A DNA stretch of 64,000 bases from Podarcis erhardii (Eukaryota). A model generated the notes under the pieces. It ran no database searches. It saw only the letters and a program-made list of their open reading frames with translations, and was not told where the DNA came from. Position numbers and translations under genes: made by a program. The stretch lies in the NCBI GenBank assembly GCA_964252035.1, contig OZ176201.1, one strand, 5' to 3'. Shown piece after piece: positions 1 through 13,600 of the stretch; position 1 is the first letter of the stretch, and each line of letters opens with the position of its first letter.

Positions 1-214
1 GCTAAATGTATTCCTTTATCATGGTTAAGACAGAAGAAAGAATTCACTCGTTGGAGGGGAAAGGCAGTGCATGATCCCATGGTTCTCTCTTAATCGTTTA
101 ACTACCATAAAGAAAGTCTACATGTTACATCTGTATCTCTCCAGATAGCAAAGACAAAACTCAAACGCATAGGTAAGTCTTTAATTGGTTTCTGAAACTG
201 TAGAAGAGGGGGGA

Positions 215-715
215 AACTGAGCTCCCTTGGGGAGAGAATGCTACAAAGGGAGCCTCAATGCAAAGAAAATCCTGTATCTCCTATATCATGTGACCGACCC
301 ACATATTCCAGCTAATGGGACCACTAGCAGGGCCTCCCCTGCAGATATGAAAGCACAAGGCATTACTTGTACAAAGGGCATTCCTGTAAGTAATTGGGCC
401 TAAAGCCTTTTAGGGCTTTGTACACCAGTAGAACCACTTGAATTGAGCCCACTAGCACACAGGTATAGTGTAGTATCTGGTTGGATTGGCCACTGAAGCT
501 ACCTCTGCTCTGAGTGTTATCTTAGAAATGAGAAGAACCCGTTCCTTCAGGGTGCTATATCACCCAGAACTGTCTTGTCTTCCAAATTCCTGAACCTGGG
601 AACCAACTTCCCATAGCATCTCCATCTTATCAGGATTCAGTTGGTCAGCCCGCATTCAGCCAATCATGTCTCCAGGTACTGGTCCAGCACTTTCACAGCT
701 TCTCCCAATTCAGAT
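215..715 (-). mobile_element. Degenerate L2-clade LINE fragment (RT C-terminus and 3' region)
   Basis: The minus strand translates GEAVKVLDQYLE...*MRADQLNPDKMEMLWEVGSQVQEFGR, resembling the L2 RT motif WMRANKLxLNPDKTE, with stops and frameshifts. Confidence 0.75.
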
Positions 716-1442
716 GGATTTTTTTTGGGGGGGGGGGGGAGAAAGAGCAAGCAAATGAGCCTGCTGGGTGTCAACTGCGTATTTGGCACATGGTGCTCCA
801 AATCCCCAGCTAACACCTCTGTTCAGTTTCGTACTGGTATTAACTAGCATGCCGTCAAAGTTAGTCCTGAAAGTAGGCGTGGAACTGCTGCAACACAGTG
901 TACTCAACTAGCAAAGCCTTTCCATGGTCAACGGCAATAAAAGTAAAAGCCTGGGAACTCTCTAATATAACCATTTCCCAACATACTGAAAGGCATATGC
1001 AGCCCTTCTATTAAGCTTGAGAGTAGTTTTTTTTCCACTAAAGTCTTCAAAAGCTGATAATGTGGAACATTATGTAGGTCAGCAAAGGGATATCAAAGAT
1101 AGATCATTTCAAGCAGGAACAAATTCCCACTGGAGAAACTTTAAAAAGCTAGAAATGTGACCACTCAATTTTCCTAGGAAAATATGCCTTTGGAACCTTC
1201 TTGCATTACATACCAGACAGGCACCGTCTCTATTGTCTTTTTGGCCCCTGCTGAAGACCTCCTTTTTCTAAAAAGTCTTTTAAGCGGGTATTTATTTATT
1301 TATTTTTAATTCCAGTTTGCATTTGCATGCATGTTTTGATGTTTTCATTGTTGAAATCGCTTTGTGATGCTTTATGAAAAAGCGATTCATAAATGGAATG
1401 AGCAAGAAAGAAAGAGTTCAAACTGCAACGGCGTTCTCCTAC

Positions 1443-1604
1443 CTCCTTGAGTGGCTGGGACGTTAACAGCAACTATCTTGCTATTTGCTGGTAGAGGCAG
1501 CTTTGTTATCACTTTGCCTGCCATAGTCACTGGGCTGCTTGCAATCTGGAAAGTCTGACCACTGCTGGAAATAGTTGTTGCCGATGTAGCAGTTGTGCTT
1601 GTGG
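1443..1604 (-). CDS. BPTF: BPTF exon 19 (162 nt, symmetric phase 1-1 cassette)
   Basis: cctgttttgttAG|CC ACA AGC; encodes ATSTTATSATTISSSGQTFQIASSPVTMAGKVITKLPLPANSKIVAVNVPATQG; donor GGAG|GTAGGA. Confidence 0.82.
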
Positions 1605-4600
1605 CTAACAAAACAGGAATGGCGGTCAGTTTTTGTTTTCTTGAGACAGGCCACTAGCAGCAAGTATCATCGCAGCATTGTAGAAACCTATGGCATGGTT
1701 GCCTTTAAAATGCTGTGTGCTCTAAATAATGTCTCTTCGACAAGGAAAGGTCTTAAAAGCTGGCACTTTCTTATGAAGATTATAAAATCTTGATTGGTTG
1801 CAACAGTGGATAAAGAAATGCTTTTTTAAAAAAACAAGCCCCATCTTTACAGTACTTCAGTTCGTCCAGTGAAAATTTTCAGGACAGATGAAACAGAAGG
1901 GCTGCTTCATGCAACTCAATTCATTACCACAAGGAATGGTGACATCCTTACATGAATTAAATCTATAAACTGCTGCTAGCCATGACAGCTATTTCAAACC
2001 TTTATGACAGAGGCAACATACCTTTTTGAGTATCAAAATATAGGGGTAAGCTTTCCCCATCACCACCATGCATTGCTTTGAGCTTCCCTGTGAAACGTGA
2101 CTGTTCTCTTGAGGAGACAGGAGTACTAGGCTCGATGAATGAGCCTTGGCCTAAACCAGTTTATGCCCTTATAAAGCAGTTGAGGCACACCCCATACCCC
2201 ATGTTGACAAATGTGTTAACCCACAACTACAGCTTTTAACAGAAAAAAAGTCTTTCTTCCCCGTTCAAGGATGTAGCTGAAGAGAGCATCGATTAGGTTT
2301 TATATACTTTGTGTGACTGCTTCCCAGCTGCAAGCTTATCAGCAGTCCCCTACCCCGCTGGAGATCATGGCTAAGAGATGCCTGGGCATATGAACCACCA
2401 CTAATAGTACAAGTAAAAATTTTGTTATATGTGTTTTGTTTTTAAAGGGTGAAGATTCTCCGTCTTTTTTTTTTAAAAAAAACTAACTCATTTACCTGAT
2501 GAAGACTGGCCTTGTTTAACCCAGGTAGCAAAAGTCTGGTGAAAGTTCTTGTTCTGCTGGAATGTTACTGTAGCTGGAGATCCCACTTTAGTAGCAAGCA
2601 CCACTTTGGTTCCACTGGGAATAGAGCGTGGCAGTGGGCCAACCATAACTTTCTGAGGAGTGGAGACGGTGGTTGCCGTACCGCTGGTAGTCGTAGCTGT
2701 AGCGGCACCACACACGGCAGGCAACTGCTTCTGTTGCTCCAGTCGCTTCTAAAGGAGTTAAGCAGAGGGGTAAAATGAAGAAAAGCTACCACTAGTCCGC
2801 TCTACAATATCAACCCTCTCACCCTATGTTAAAAAAGCACACTAAGGCTGCTGTGATCTTATGAATGCTCATTGGAAAGCAAGTCACGTTAAACACAGCC
2901 GGACTTGCAAGTAGGTGTATGTCTGTACCACGTGCTTCGCGTGAAAGTCATTTCAAATGCAAGAATTTTCAAACATGAGACGCCACTGTATTTGCAGACA
3001 GAGCTAGCAATAAGGCGGCTTCCAAAGAACAAGTGTTCACAAGTGCCAAGCTATTATCTGCTGAAAGTCTGACTAGATCAGATCTGGTGTACCGTAGCAG
3101 ATAGGAGACGGAGCTACAAAGCAGGATGCCCTTGCTTTGAATCTCTCCTCTTGCTACGACCGCTAGGGGGTGTTCCGCTCTTGTCATTTGTACCCTGTAG
3201 CTGGTAATAATACTGATCTGCTTTAGGATTTCATGTAAGAGATCCTGCACCCTCAAAATTGGGGTTGGGTTGGGAAAACACCCCAGAACAGCATGCAGGG
3301 GAAGATTGTTCCGTATGTGAAGCTGATATGCTTGCACAGACACTGTTTGCCTTAGAATGATGCTGAATTCCACCTTATTTAAAAATGTGTTGTACAGGGT
3401 TTGTTTAATTTTTTTTTGGCGGGGGGAAGGTCAGGTTATATTAAGAGAAAACCAACCCATATAAAGCAATTCTTTCAAAACTTAACTTCAAGTAAATAGC
3501 CTTTTCTGATTACATTATTTAATGTTTAATAATGTACAGAAAGGTGGTTCATAACTAAACATTAACCAAATCAATTTAAGAAAGATCAATTTAAGGTAGA
3601 CTAAAAATCTGAAAGAAATATTATCTTCATTCTCATTATTAAGTGGTTTTTAACAACTTGAATAGCTGTAATCACTACAGTGCTTGGTTGTATTTCTATT
3701 TTGTTACATGCCCCTCATATACACAATGATTTGCTATAAAAATAGCACATTTTTAGAGAAAAGGGGAATTGGTTGGGGGTTTTTTCCTTTTTAACTGGAG
3801 CGACATTGTATCAGCTATCTAAAGCAGAAAGAATGGCTTTGTAATATGAACTCACACTTGTCATTAAGAAATTTTAAGCAGTCACTGAAGAAACTATTAT
3901 TTTGGTGGACAATTTTGAGTTGCCTTCCCTCTGTGGGTGCTACCCTTTTCATTTGTCTTATTTTTGTATTAATATGGGTTTGGTTTTTATTATAATGTCT
4001 TTTGTTTTGAAAGTCAAATGTACTAAAATATATAAAGCAAGCAAGGAAAATAAATAAATAAATAAATAGGGTTGCAGCTTAATTCATCATTAGCTACCCT
4101 GAGTGGACATTTTGTTGAGAGAGATAGACATAAGTTTTCCAAAAAATAAATAATGAATGAGATGTTTAAAAAGAAGAATAAGTATTGAAATAACTTTGCA
4201 GTGGTGACACCATTCTTTACTGGGCAAACAGGAAAAGTTACAGATTTTTATGACTGCATGCATGCATCAGAATTAGGAGACTGAAGGTGTATCCACTTTT
4301 TAAAATACTGATTTATACAAATTAATAATTTAGTTTTCATTCCAACATGGAAGCATCTCCGATTCTATACTTGGCAGGATGTCAAACCTTACTTCCACGA
4401 GATCTAGGTTATTTAGTTATCTTAGCAACATCTACCCTGACACTTTTGTAAGACTGAAACACAACCCTGAAGGAGAGAATCAAATTCCCACTGTATGTGT
4501 AATATTAAGAGCACATCAAATGATTAATTTTAGTATCGCAATTTAGTTTTTCCGATAGGGATATGGAAATATTTACTCAAATGAAAACATTTGAACAATT

Positions 4601-7600
4601 CTGTGTAAGAAAGAGACACTTCCATGTTTATTTTAGGATGCACAAATGCAAGCAATGCAAACTTCAACAGGCGGGACTACCAAGAGCTACCCCACCTGCT
4701 GGGCAGCCAATCGCTGTTGTTTTAGTTGAGCCTCCATTTGGGCCTTGAATTCCTCAGCCTTCTTCTGTTCACTAACCTTAGCCTGTTGCTCAACTGCTTG
4801 TGCCTTTTCCTTCTCCACTCTGTCAAAGAGATGAACAGAAAATCACTACTGGGCATTGCAAATTACTACAAAACATGCATTTTATACCAACAGCCCTTTT
4901 TATGTGATAGGAACCAATTCTCAGTGTTACTGAAATGCTACATCTAATTTCCAGAAATTTTCTAGTGCCGCCCTGTTGCATATAGGCTTGCTTATGTGTG
5001 AACTTTCTTAAATCTGGCTGTCACTTTCTGTCAGTTTAATGGCATGCAGCTCCCATGAACATTCTCACAGTTTATGCACTTTTACAAGAGAAACTCTATG
5101 GGTTGGATCCAGAGTTGTACTTCTGTTTGCAGAAGAGACTGAGAATCAGCAAAGGCTTGCACTGAAGGGGAGAAGAGGGTGATTTTCATTTTATTTCCCC
5201 CTTTCCCTGCAGCCACCAGCACCACCTTCTACAATTTTTTCTAGAGGGTCTCCTGAATTAGCAAGAATCACCTCCCTCCTCTTTCTCCTGTGGAGCATCC
5301 CAGGGAGCTTCAGTGAGAACGGACTGAGCTTAAATCTGAAAGGAGACAGAACTGTGTAGATAAGCAAAAAAGGCAAAGGGGTGGGGGCATGGTCCAAAAA
5401 GAGTGTGCGTGTGTGCTGGGGGAGGGGGAAGCCCAGATGGAATATACTGAACGTGCACCAGGTGGCTGGCAGGGATAAATGTCAACAAAGAGGCCTGATG
5501 TGAAGAAAAGCAGAACCCAAGTTGCAACAGAAACTAGGAAAAACATACAATGTAAGGACACACAGCACTGTTGCCATGATGAGACAAGAAAGGTTGAAGT
5601 TTAAGAAGTTGAGTGTAAAGGGATATCAGAAAGTAGGTGTAATGACTATGTAAAGGTAAAGGTAAAGGTACCCCTGCCCGTACGGGCCAGTCGTGTCCGA
5701 CTCTGGGGTTGCGCGCCCATCTCGCTTAAGAGGCCGGGGACCAGTGCTGTCCGCAGACACTTCCGGGTCACGTGGCCAGCGTGACAAGCTGCATCTGGTG
5801 AGCCAGCGCAGCACACAGAACGCCGTTTACCTTCCCGCTAGTAAGCAGTCCCTATTTATCTACTTGCACCTGGGGGTGCTTTCGAACTGCTAGGTTGGCA
5901 GGCGCTGGGACGGAGCAACGGGAGCGCACCCCGCCGCGGGGATTCGAACTGCCGACCTGACGATCGGCAAGTCCTAGGTGCTGAGGTTTTACCCACAGCG
6001 CCACCCGCGTCCATTGACTATGTAGAAAGCTAAAAATATTGAAACTGTACAGAGATGTCATGAAGCTGACAAAAGCAGGGGTAAAAGCGAAAGGAATACA
6101 GAGACCAGGGAGGGAAGGAGTAGGAAACAGTATGCAAAACAGCTAGAGCAACAAATGGCTGGGGAACAAAAAGAGGACTGCACAGTTTAAAGTGTTGGGA
6201 GTCGTATCTGATGTTACACAAGCAGAAGGCAAGTTTCTCCCTTTTCCTCTGCCTGCACTGAATCACCCAAAATGTCAGGTTCTCCCAATCTCCTGGAGAG
6301 GATTTTGGGTAGAAAGTCATGGAGGGGGAGCGGTCTTCCGCTTGCTCAGCAAGAGACCACCCTTAAGTGTTTCAAATTCACATACTGATTGCAATTAGCC
6401 AACCAAATATTTGGCTTCATATCTCTGGTTTCCCAGTTTTCCATTAACTGACAGCAGGGCATGCCAACGGAAGGTATATCTATTTGATGGTGTAAAGTGT
6501 ACTTTTGTTTCTACTTACTAGAGTGCACACATAGTTCAAAATAATTTTGCAGCTTTAAACTTACTATTTTAGATATTAAATCCACACCCAACAGGATATT
6601 TACACATCTAAATACGTTGAAAAAGCAAGTCAAAGAGCTTAATTTTAAGCTGTTAGATTACCTTTCAGAAAATGCTTTTATTTCCCATAGTTCTAATTCC
6701 TCCTCCGCTACCCAGGTTTCAATTATAACAGGGCCAGTTTGTTTTGGAGTTTCTGGCCTTTTGGGTCGCAATGCACTTGATCGAAGCCCTTTCCTCTGAG
6801 GCGTAGGGGTTTCTGCAGGAACAGAAGAAAAATTAATATTCAGTTTAAGTATCTGATAGTGTCCCCCTAAAGTCACATACTCCTCTATAAGTAACTTGGG
6901 AATTTTATACTCATGCTTACCTTTGGGGGCCTCTGGAACACCAATCGGACAAATAATTTTCCGTACACAGTACTCCGATCGAATTCCATATGGTCCAACA
7001 TCTCTTCGCTTGATTATTTCAGTTGTTGTTATTTCCGTTTCCGATGTGTCTACAAACATTCATTTCAAAAGTTTCAATTGCAAGTCTAGTAAGAAATGTT
7101 TCTCCACAAATTCTGGAACAACTTATTCTCAAATAACATGGTTGAAATATTGGCATTTTGTTCAAAAACAGTCCAGATTTATTTTCAGTTAAAACTTATT
7201 ATTCTATAATTAGAAAGAGAAAACTTTCCAGTTTGCTAAACTACAGTGTCCCCATGATGTCTGACACAGGTAACTAGTTTAAGGCTCTTTGTAAATCAGG
7301 ATTGCAAACCACATTTTGATATCTGTTTGTAGAGAATACTAAAACACAGTTTTCTGGTTTAGACCTCAAAGTAACTGTGGTTTAATAAAGCAGGAAGTCT
7401 CCTCTGTAGTCAGGTACAGACAGAAGGAGCATCTGAGCTTGTGTCCAATGTATCCAATGATGTTGCCCTGACAGTGCAAGGACTTCCACCTGCACAATGC
7501 AACGTTTTCTACCTCTCATTGCACACCAGCTGTGCCCCCCCAAATCAGTTTTGGGTTTCCTCCAACCTTTCAGAGCAAACTCGGGGGGGAGGGGAGAGGA

Positions 7601-10600
7601 AGTATTGTTGCACAGGTGGAAGTCCTTGCACTAACAGGATGACTTCACTGGATACAACCCATAGTTTGGTCGACTGGGAATGTTACACCTGAATCTGTGC
7701 TCAATGTGACTTACATTCCCTGTTCCACTTAAAGACACCCATACCACATGGAATCACAGAATCATGGAATTGTAGAGTTGGAAGGGAGTATTGCCAGGAA
7801 GGAATGGAACCAGTGAAATACAATGACTCCAGTTCTCATCTCAAATGATTCCAAGGGGATAATCAGCATAGCCAGACCTCACCCTCCCCAAATCTCCTGA
7901 TGAAGACTGCTTAGGAGGAAGGAAATTTCAGTGCCAAACTGGAAACCAGACTGAGAAGGGTCTAGTGAATATGACAGAGGTTATAATGGATCCACCCATG
8001 ATAAACTTTCTTAGGAAAAAAGCAAATAAAAAAACAAACCCCTTTTGCTTCAAAAGACTCTAGTTTGTAATGCATATTACAAGTTCTGAAATAATATTTA
8101 ACCAGCAATGTTTTTATAAATTAGCAAAATTAAGTATTCCTAAAATATCTACCTGTACGTGTAGTTCCTCCACCAGGTGGGGGTTTAGCAGCCATGTCAT
8201 CCCATTTCAGACATGCCCAGAGTAACCTCAACATAAGGCTAACCCCTGCCAAAGATTTTACGGTTTGCAGTCGGTATCTAGAAAATAATAAAGGAAGTCA
8301 TGTAAATCACTTCTAATTTCACAAAGCAGATGGTCTAAATGCCATAGTTCTCAGAGATAAGGCAAAGCTTCTTAATTTACAGCTAAAAGTGGAGTGTATT
8401 TTCATATAAATTACAAAAATCTGTGGTACTCATTATACAGGCCTGTGCAATCATATATTGGATCTTGCTCCATACAAGTTTTTAGAATGAACTAAATAGG
8501 TCCAAAATATTTCTGGAACAGAGGTCCACATAATAGCTGACTTTTTCCTACAAATATGTAAGGTATTGGGTGACATCCAACGTCATGCAATCAGACTTTG
8601 CTGTAGTCCCTCCCAACACCCCAACTTGGGGGCCCCATGCGAGGGAAGGAAGGGAAAGTCCCATTGCACCAAACAGAAATGCATTTAACTGCTTTGAGTT
8701 TTTATTATAGTCAAGCAGTATAGAAATGCTGCAAAATACATAACTAAATAATAATAATATTTGTTGGCAGATGGATACCACTGGATCTTACCCAAATGTT
8801 TTCCTACACCCACATCAATATTATAAAGGAAGGTAACATACAAAATGTGTAGAGAACACTAGCTGACAATTTCAAACTAAGTATGATAAACTACTAGATA
8901 CTTGTTTCAAGTGCTCTTAACCAAGTGAAAAAAACTGTAGATGAAACAAGGGTGTGCAATTAAAAAATCCTTACTCAAGTAAAGCAAGCTGAATAATCTT
9001 GGATGCCTTGGTATTTTATTTTATTTTATTTTATTATTTTATTTTGTTAGTTAGTGTTTTCTATTTTAAAACTGCCATTCGGGAAATCACCAAGGTATCG
9101 TCAAGCTCCAGACTAGGCCAGTGGCATATTGCCCATGGTTGTTCTTTCTGAAAATCCCATCACTAAATACTGACAAAATGAGGGTTGTTAAACAAAAGCC
9201 TATTTAATAAAGGTAAAGGTAAAGGACCCCTGGATGGTGAAGTCCAGTCAAAGGTGACTATGGGGTGCGGTGCTCATCTCACTTTTCTGGCCGAGGGAGC
9301 TGGTGTCTGTCCGCAGACAGCTTTGCGGGTCATGAGGCCAGCATGACTAAACCACTTCGGGCGCAATGGGACACCATTATGGAAACCAGAGCACACGGAA
9401 ACGCCGTTCACCTTCCTGTCGCAGTGGTACCTATTTATCTGCTTGCACTGGTGTGCTTTCAAACTGCTAGGTTGGCAGAAGCTGGGGCAAAGCAATGGGA
9501 GCTCACTCCATCGTGCGGATTTGAACTGCCAAGCTTCCGATCAGCAAGCCCAAGAGGCTCAGTGGTTTAGACCACAGCACCACCTGTGTCCCTCCTCTAT
9601 TTAATAATCTAGATCAAGGCAACTTTGTAACGTAAAATCTTTTGTCTAGCAGATAACTAAACAATCTGTTTTTACAGAATATCAAATTATTTTTGCTAGA
9701 CCCATTTTAACTGTTTCAAATCGCAATGGTCAGGTCAGGCTTTCAAGACACCTCCATATAGGTTCTTGTGTCTTAAGGAGAGTTTATTCAACGCATATAA
9801 GACTAGGAATGTACATGCCAACAGTGTATCATCTGCCCTAACTCTTCACCCCTCTGCATGGTAGATGCCAAGCTGCCATATGTACACTGGCTGTTTCTCC
9901 CCCTTCAATACTGATCCTAGTCTTTGACAGTACACAAAACTTTAAGCCTGGAAGCAGGGTAACCTTTTAAATTGAGCATACCTGGGAAACGAACATTCCT
10001 GCTAGGTAAATTCAGCTCAAATATCCTCAAATATGGAGGACCAAAAAAATGTTGGTTTAATATTTAAAAGGGATAACACCTGAAGTGCCGAATTTTCATG
10101 CTGGATTATAACACGCCTACCATTTGTACGAAGACATGTTCTCCCACCCAAATGATTTTAAAGAGCTGTTAGCACTGTACCTCCAAGTGATACCAAACGT
10201 TGGTCTCGGGGATGGATATGGCCAAATATCCAAAGCAGGCTTTGCAGTATAGTTGAAACAGGGAACCTCTCTGATTCCTCCTCTTCTTGCTAGCTTCTTC
10301 AAGTCGTCATTGGGCAAAACAAATATGCTCTTTTTACTGCTTTTGGTAACAAACTTCCGGTAAGATGGCAAGGCTGTTCCAGAACGAGTTTTTTTCGGCC
10401 TTGAAAATTTCATGAGCTTCACTTTGTCCCTTGTGGAATATTCCTTGCTGACTGTCATAGAAGTCACCAATGTTCCCGCTGCAGTAGTCAAGGAATCCGT
10501 CACTGTTGCTGTTACCACAGTTTTGCTATGCTCCTTTACAGAAATGACATCAGTATTGCTATCTGTAGTGGGAGCGGTTAGTTTTCTTACAGTGGTCGTG

Positions 10601-13600
10601 GTGGTGGTGGTGGTGGTTACAGTGGATACAGAACAGTTTTCCATGGATGATACCCCACTTTCCCTATCTTCCTTGATGGCTGACAATCCCGATACTTTAT
10701 AAGTAGTTTTGGATTCTGTAGAAACAGTTGACGTGGTGGTCACTTCCGTAACAACGGCTTTTACTGCACTTTCTCCGTTGACGCTTTCGATTTTGTTGCT
10801 TATCGGTAATCCATTCTGATCAGCAAAGTCATTACTCAAGCTAGATTCCTCACAGGAAATTACAGGTGATGGAGCAGTTTTCGTAACACAAGGTGGTTCA
10901 ATCTCCATGCATTCGGTTTCATTATATATATTGTTTTCACTGGAGGAATGGAGAGATGTGATAGATGTGTCATCAACAAGGCTAGACCTTTCAGGAGAAC
11001 ACTGCTTTCTTCCAGGATTTTGATTAGACTGAGACATATTACCTTGAGGCAAATCATTGTCTCTAGAATCACCACCCACAGAACTCTGTACACCCAACTT
11101 ACTGACCAAATTATCATTTGCATCTTCCACTGCAATATCACCATTCATAAATGGTTTTAGAGATTCGTTAGAAGAAAATGATTTGACCAGAGGGTTGCTT
11201 TTGCTAATATTATTGATTTTCGAGTCAACGCCACTCTCGGTTTGTGCAAGTGTCTCTCTCTTTAAGCACTCTTCATTAGGTAATACTTTAAAATCAGTGT
11301 CTTTCCCATTAATCTGAAATGCTGCTGACTTCCCCTTTTCCGTTTGTGTATTCAATTCCCCATTTTTATTATTATTTTTGTCAGCAATACTCTTAATCTG
11401 ATCAAAACACTTGTTGATGGAACTCGGTGGGACACACTTCTCCTGGTCTTGCTTTTCGCCATTTGTTTCAGTGATTTTAGTCTTCACCACCTCATCAATA
11501 ATATTTTCTCCAATCACGTCAGGAATTTGGGCTTCAAATGCCTTTTCTGAAATTAGCTCAGTATGCAGCGATTTTAGGCCCCCGAGAGTCTGCTTTGGAT
11601 TTAATGCAATTTTGGGTTCGGATGCATCTGCAATGTTTTTCACAAGACTCTCTTTTGCTTGCAGAGATACCATGCTGGGATGATTTTCTAACCTACAAGC
11701 TTTTGCAGAATCACAGTCATGTTTTTCAGATGTTAACGCTTCATTTCCTATCTCGGTTGAAGATGAAGAGTCTCCTTCACAGCTGCTTTCAGTTACCATT
11801 GGCCGAATAACATTTCCGCACTGAGACTCAGTATTTGCTTGCTCCAAACATTTTGCATTGTCCTCTAAGATACCACATGTTGTTGTTTCTTTGTTTTCTA
11901 TTGGTTTAGAGTCTTCTGTTTTCAAACAGTCAGTGCTTTTCTCCTTACTCTGCACTTGAGGGTTATCCGTATCCATGGATTCAGAAACACTTTCATTACT
12001 ATCCTTTGCTTTCAAACTTTGAGTATCTGGACACTGAACTGAAGTTGCATCTGCTTCTCCCTCTAAAAGCCTATTCAAGCAAGGCAAAGATTGGACTGAC
12101 TCACTGGTTTTGGTAAAGTGGCGATTGCTAGGTGACAAGCGGTCTTTAACAGGATCTTCCATTTGATTTGTATCTGAAGTATCAATTCTGCTTTGGGATG
12201 TCAAATCTACTTGCTTCTCATCCCCTGCTTTAGGTAACTGTAGGTCATCCTCACTCTCCTGTTGCCTCAACAATTTATAGCCTGAAGAGTCAGAACCAGA
12301 TTTGAGCTTTATTCTTTCTAGTCGCTGCTTTTCCTCAAGTGTAAACTGTTTTACTCTCCTTTCAAGCAGTCCATCGAGTTTTGATGATTTTACTTTCCTT
12401 TTGTAAAATGTCCTTAAGTGGAAACTCTCGCTGACGTTGATTAAATCCACATTGATTGGGGCTTCCTCATATTTTGTGGAGGTATCCACTTTCACTTCAT
12501 CAACCTCCATAGATTCTTCCTTGATGTCTTTATCACCTTCACCAATTTCTTTCTTCTCTGTGAAGAACAATTTAAATTCAGTAAGACATTTTGGTAATTA
12601 CTGGGTCTTTCCGACCTGTTTCGCCTAACCCACATGGTTCCATTCATACACATCACAACTATGTGTGACCACAGCAATGGGAAGTGGCTTCCATATGTAT
12701 GCAGGTGAATGTGTCAACGGGACTTTAGTATCCGACATCCACAGTTTCAGATTTTTTTTTAATGCCCCCCCCCGATTGTTCTCAGATTTACATAAGCACA
12801 CATACATTCTGCTAAACAGAATTAATCTGTGTAAACCTAAATACTCACCCACCCACCCATATGCCTTAAATGCTTAATACCTTCTTTTGCATGATCTGAT
12901 TTTTCAAAATGTTTGATTTCAGATTTTTCTTCATGCGGTTCATGTTCTTCCTTGGTTTGAGCTCTCTTTGTGGTCTCGGAATTTTCAGTTTCTTTTTGGT
13001 CCTTCTTGTGTGGCTCACGGAAATATTTTATCTTTTCTTTCGAAGAACCATGCTCGACCTTCACTTTTGCTGGAGTTTTCCTTTTATCCAGTTCACGCTG
13101 TTTTTCTGGGATGGTAGTAGTTTCACTTTTTGCTGGTTAAAAAAGGACACGTATATTTAATTATAAGATTTCTATGCCACCTTTTCAAGCTCTCAGGGTG
13201 CATGGATTAAAGAGAGAATTAAGTTACGGTGTGTAACGAAAGTATTCAAATGTATTGATTCTTGCACCAAAACACAGCATTTTGAACTCAGAAATATAAC
13301 TGTAATTAAAAAGACAAAATTCTTACAATAGAATACTCAAAACTTAGAATGAAGAAATACATGAATGCATTTGAGTATCCCAAAACGTTAAAAAACGGAG
13401 CTGTTCGAGAACTGAGGTTTGACTATAGTGCTGAGAAGGCTTGTTTATGATGCAGTAACTAACAGTAAAAATTATTTCAAAGCAAAGATATTTTACACTC
13501 ACCTGGTAGTAATTTCCTGTAATTGACATTAGTATTTCCTGGTAATCTTGGTACAAATCTATGAACATGAGTTTTACTAATCCAGATCCATCCACCATAC

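Noticed and set aside
5626-5893. Short ORFs overlapping Sauria SINEs and MITEs (also 9265..9570, 24815..25216, 26864..27199, 55768..56028, 61375..61688)
   Set aside because: They lie within non-coding repeat bodies and recur only because the repeats recur.
10412-12628. Plus-strand ORFs antisense to BPTF exon 13
   Set aside because: These are shadow ORFs of a long coding exon; there is no independent promoter or splice evidence.
12558-12880. Apparently novel 323-nt intron splitting the BPTF giant exon
   Set aside because: Reconstructing human exon sizes from memory gives an approximately 180-nt phase 1-1 exon before the approximately 2.3-kb exon, so the intron is probably conserved. Only the exon length (252 nt) differs.
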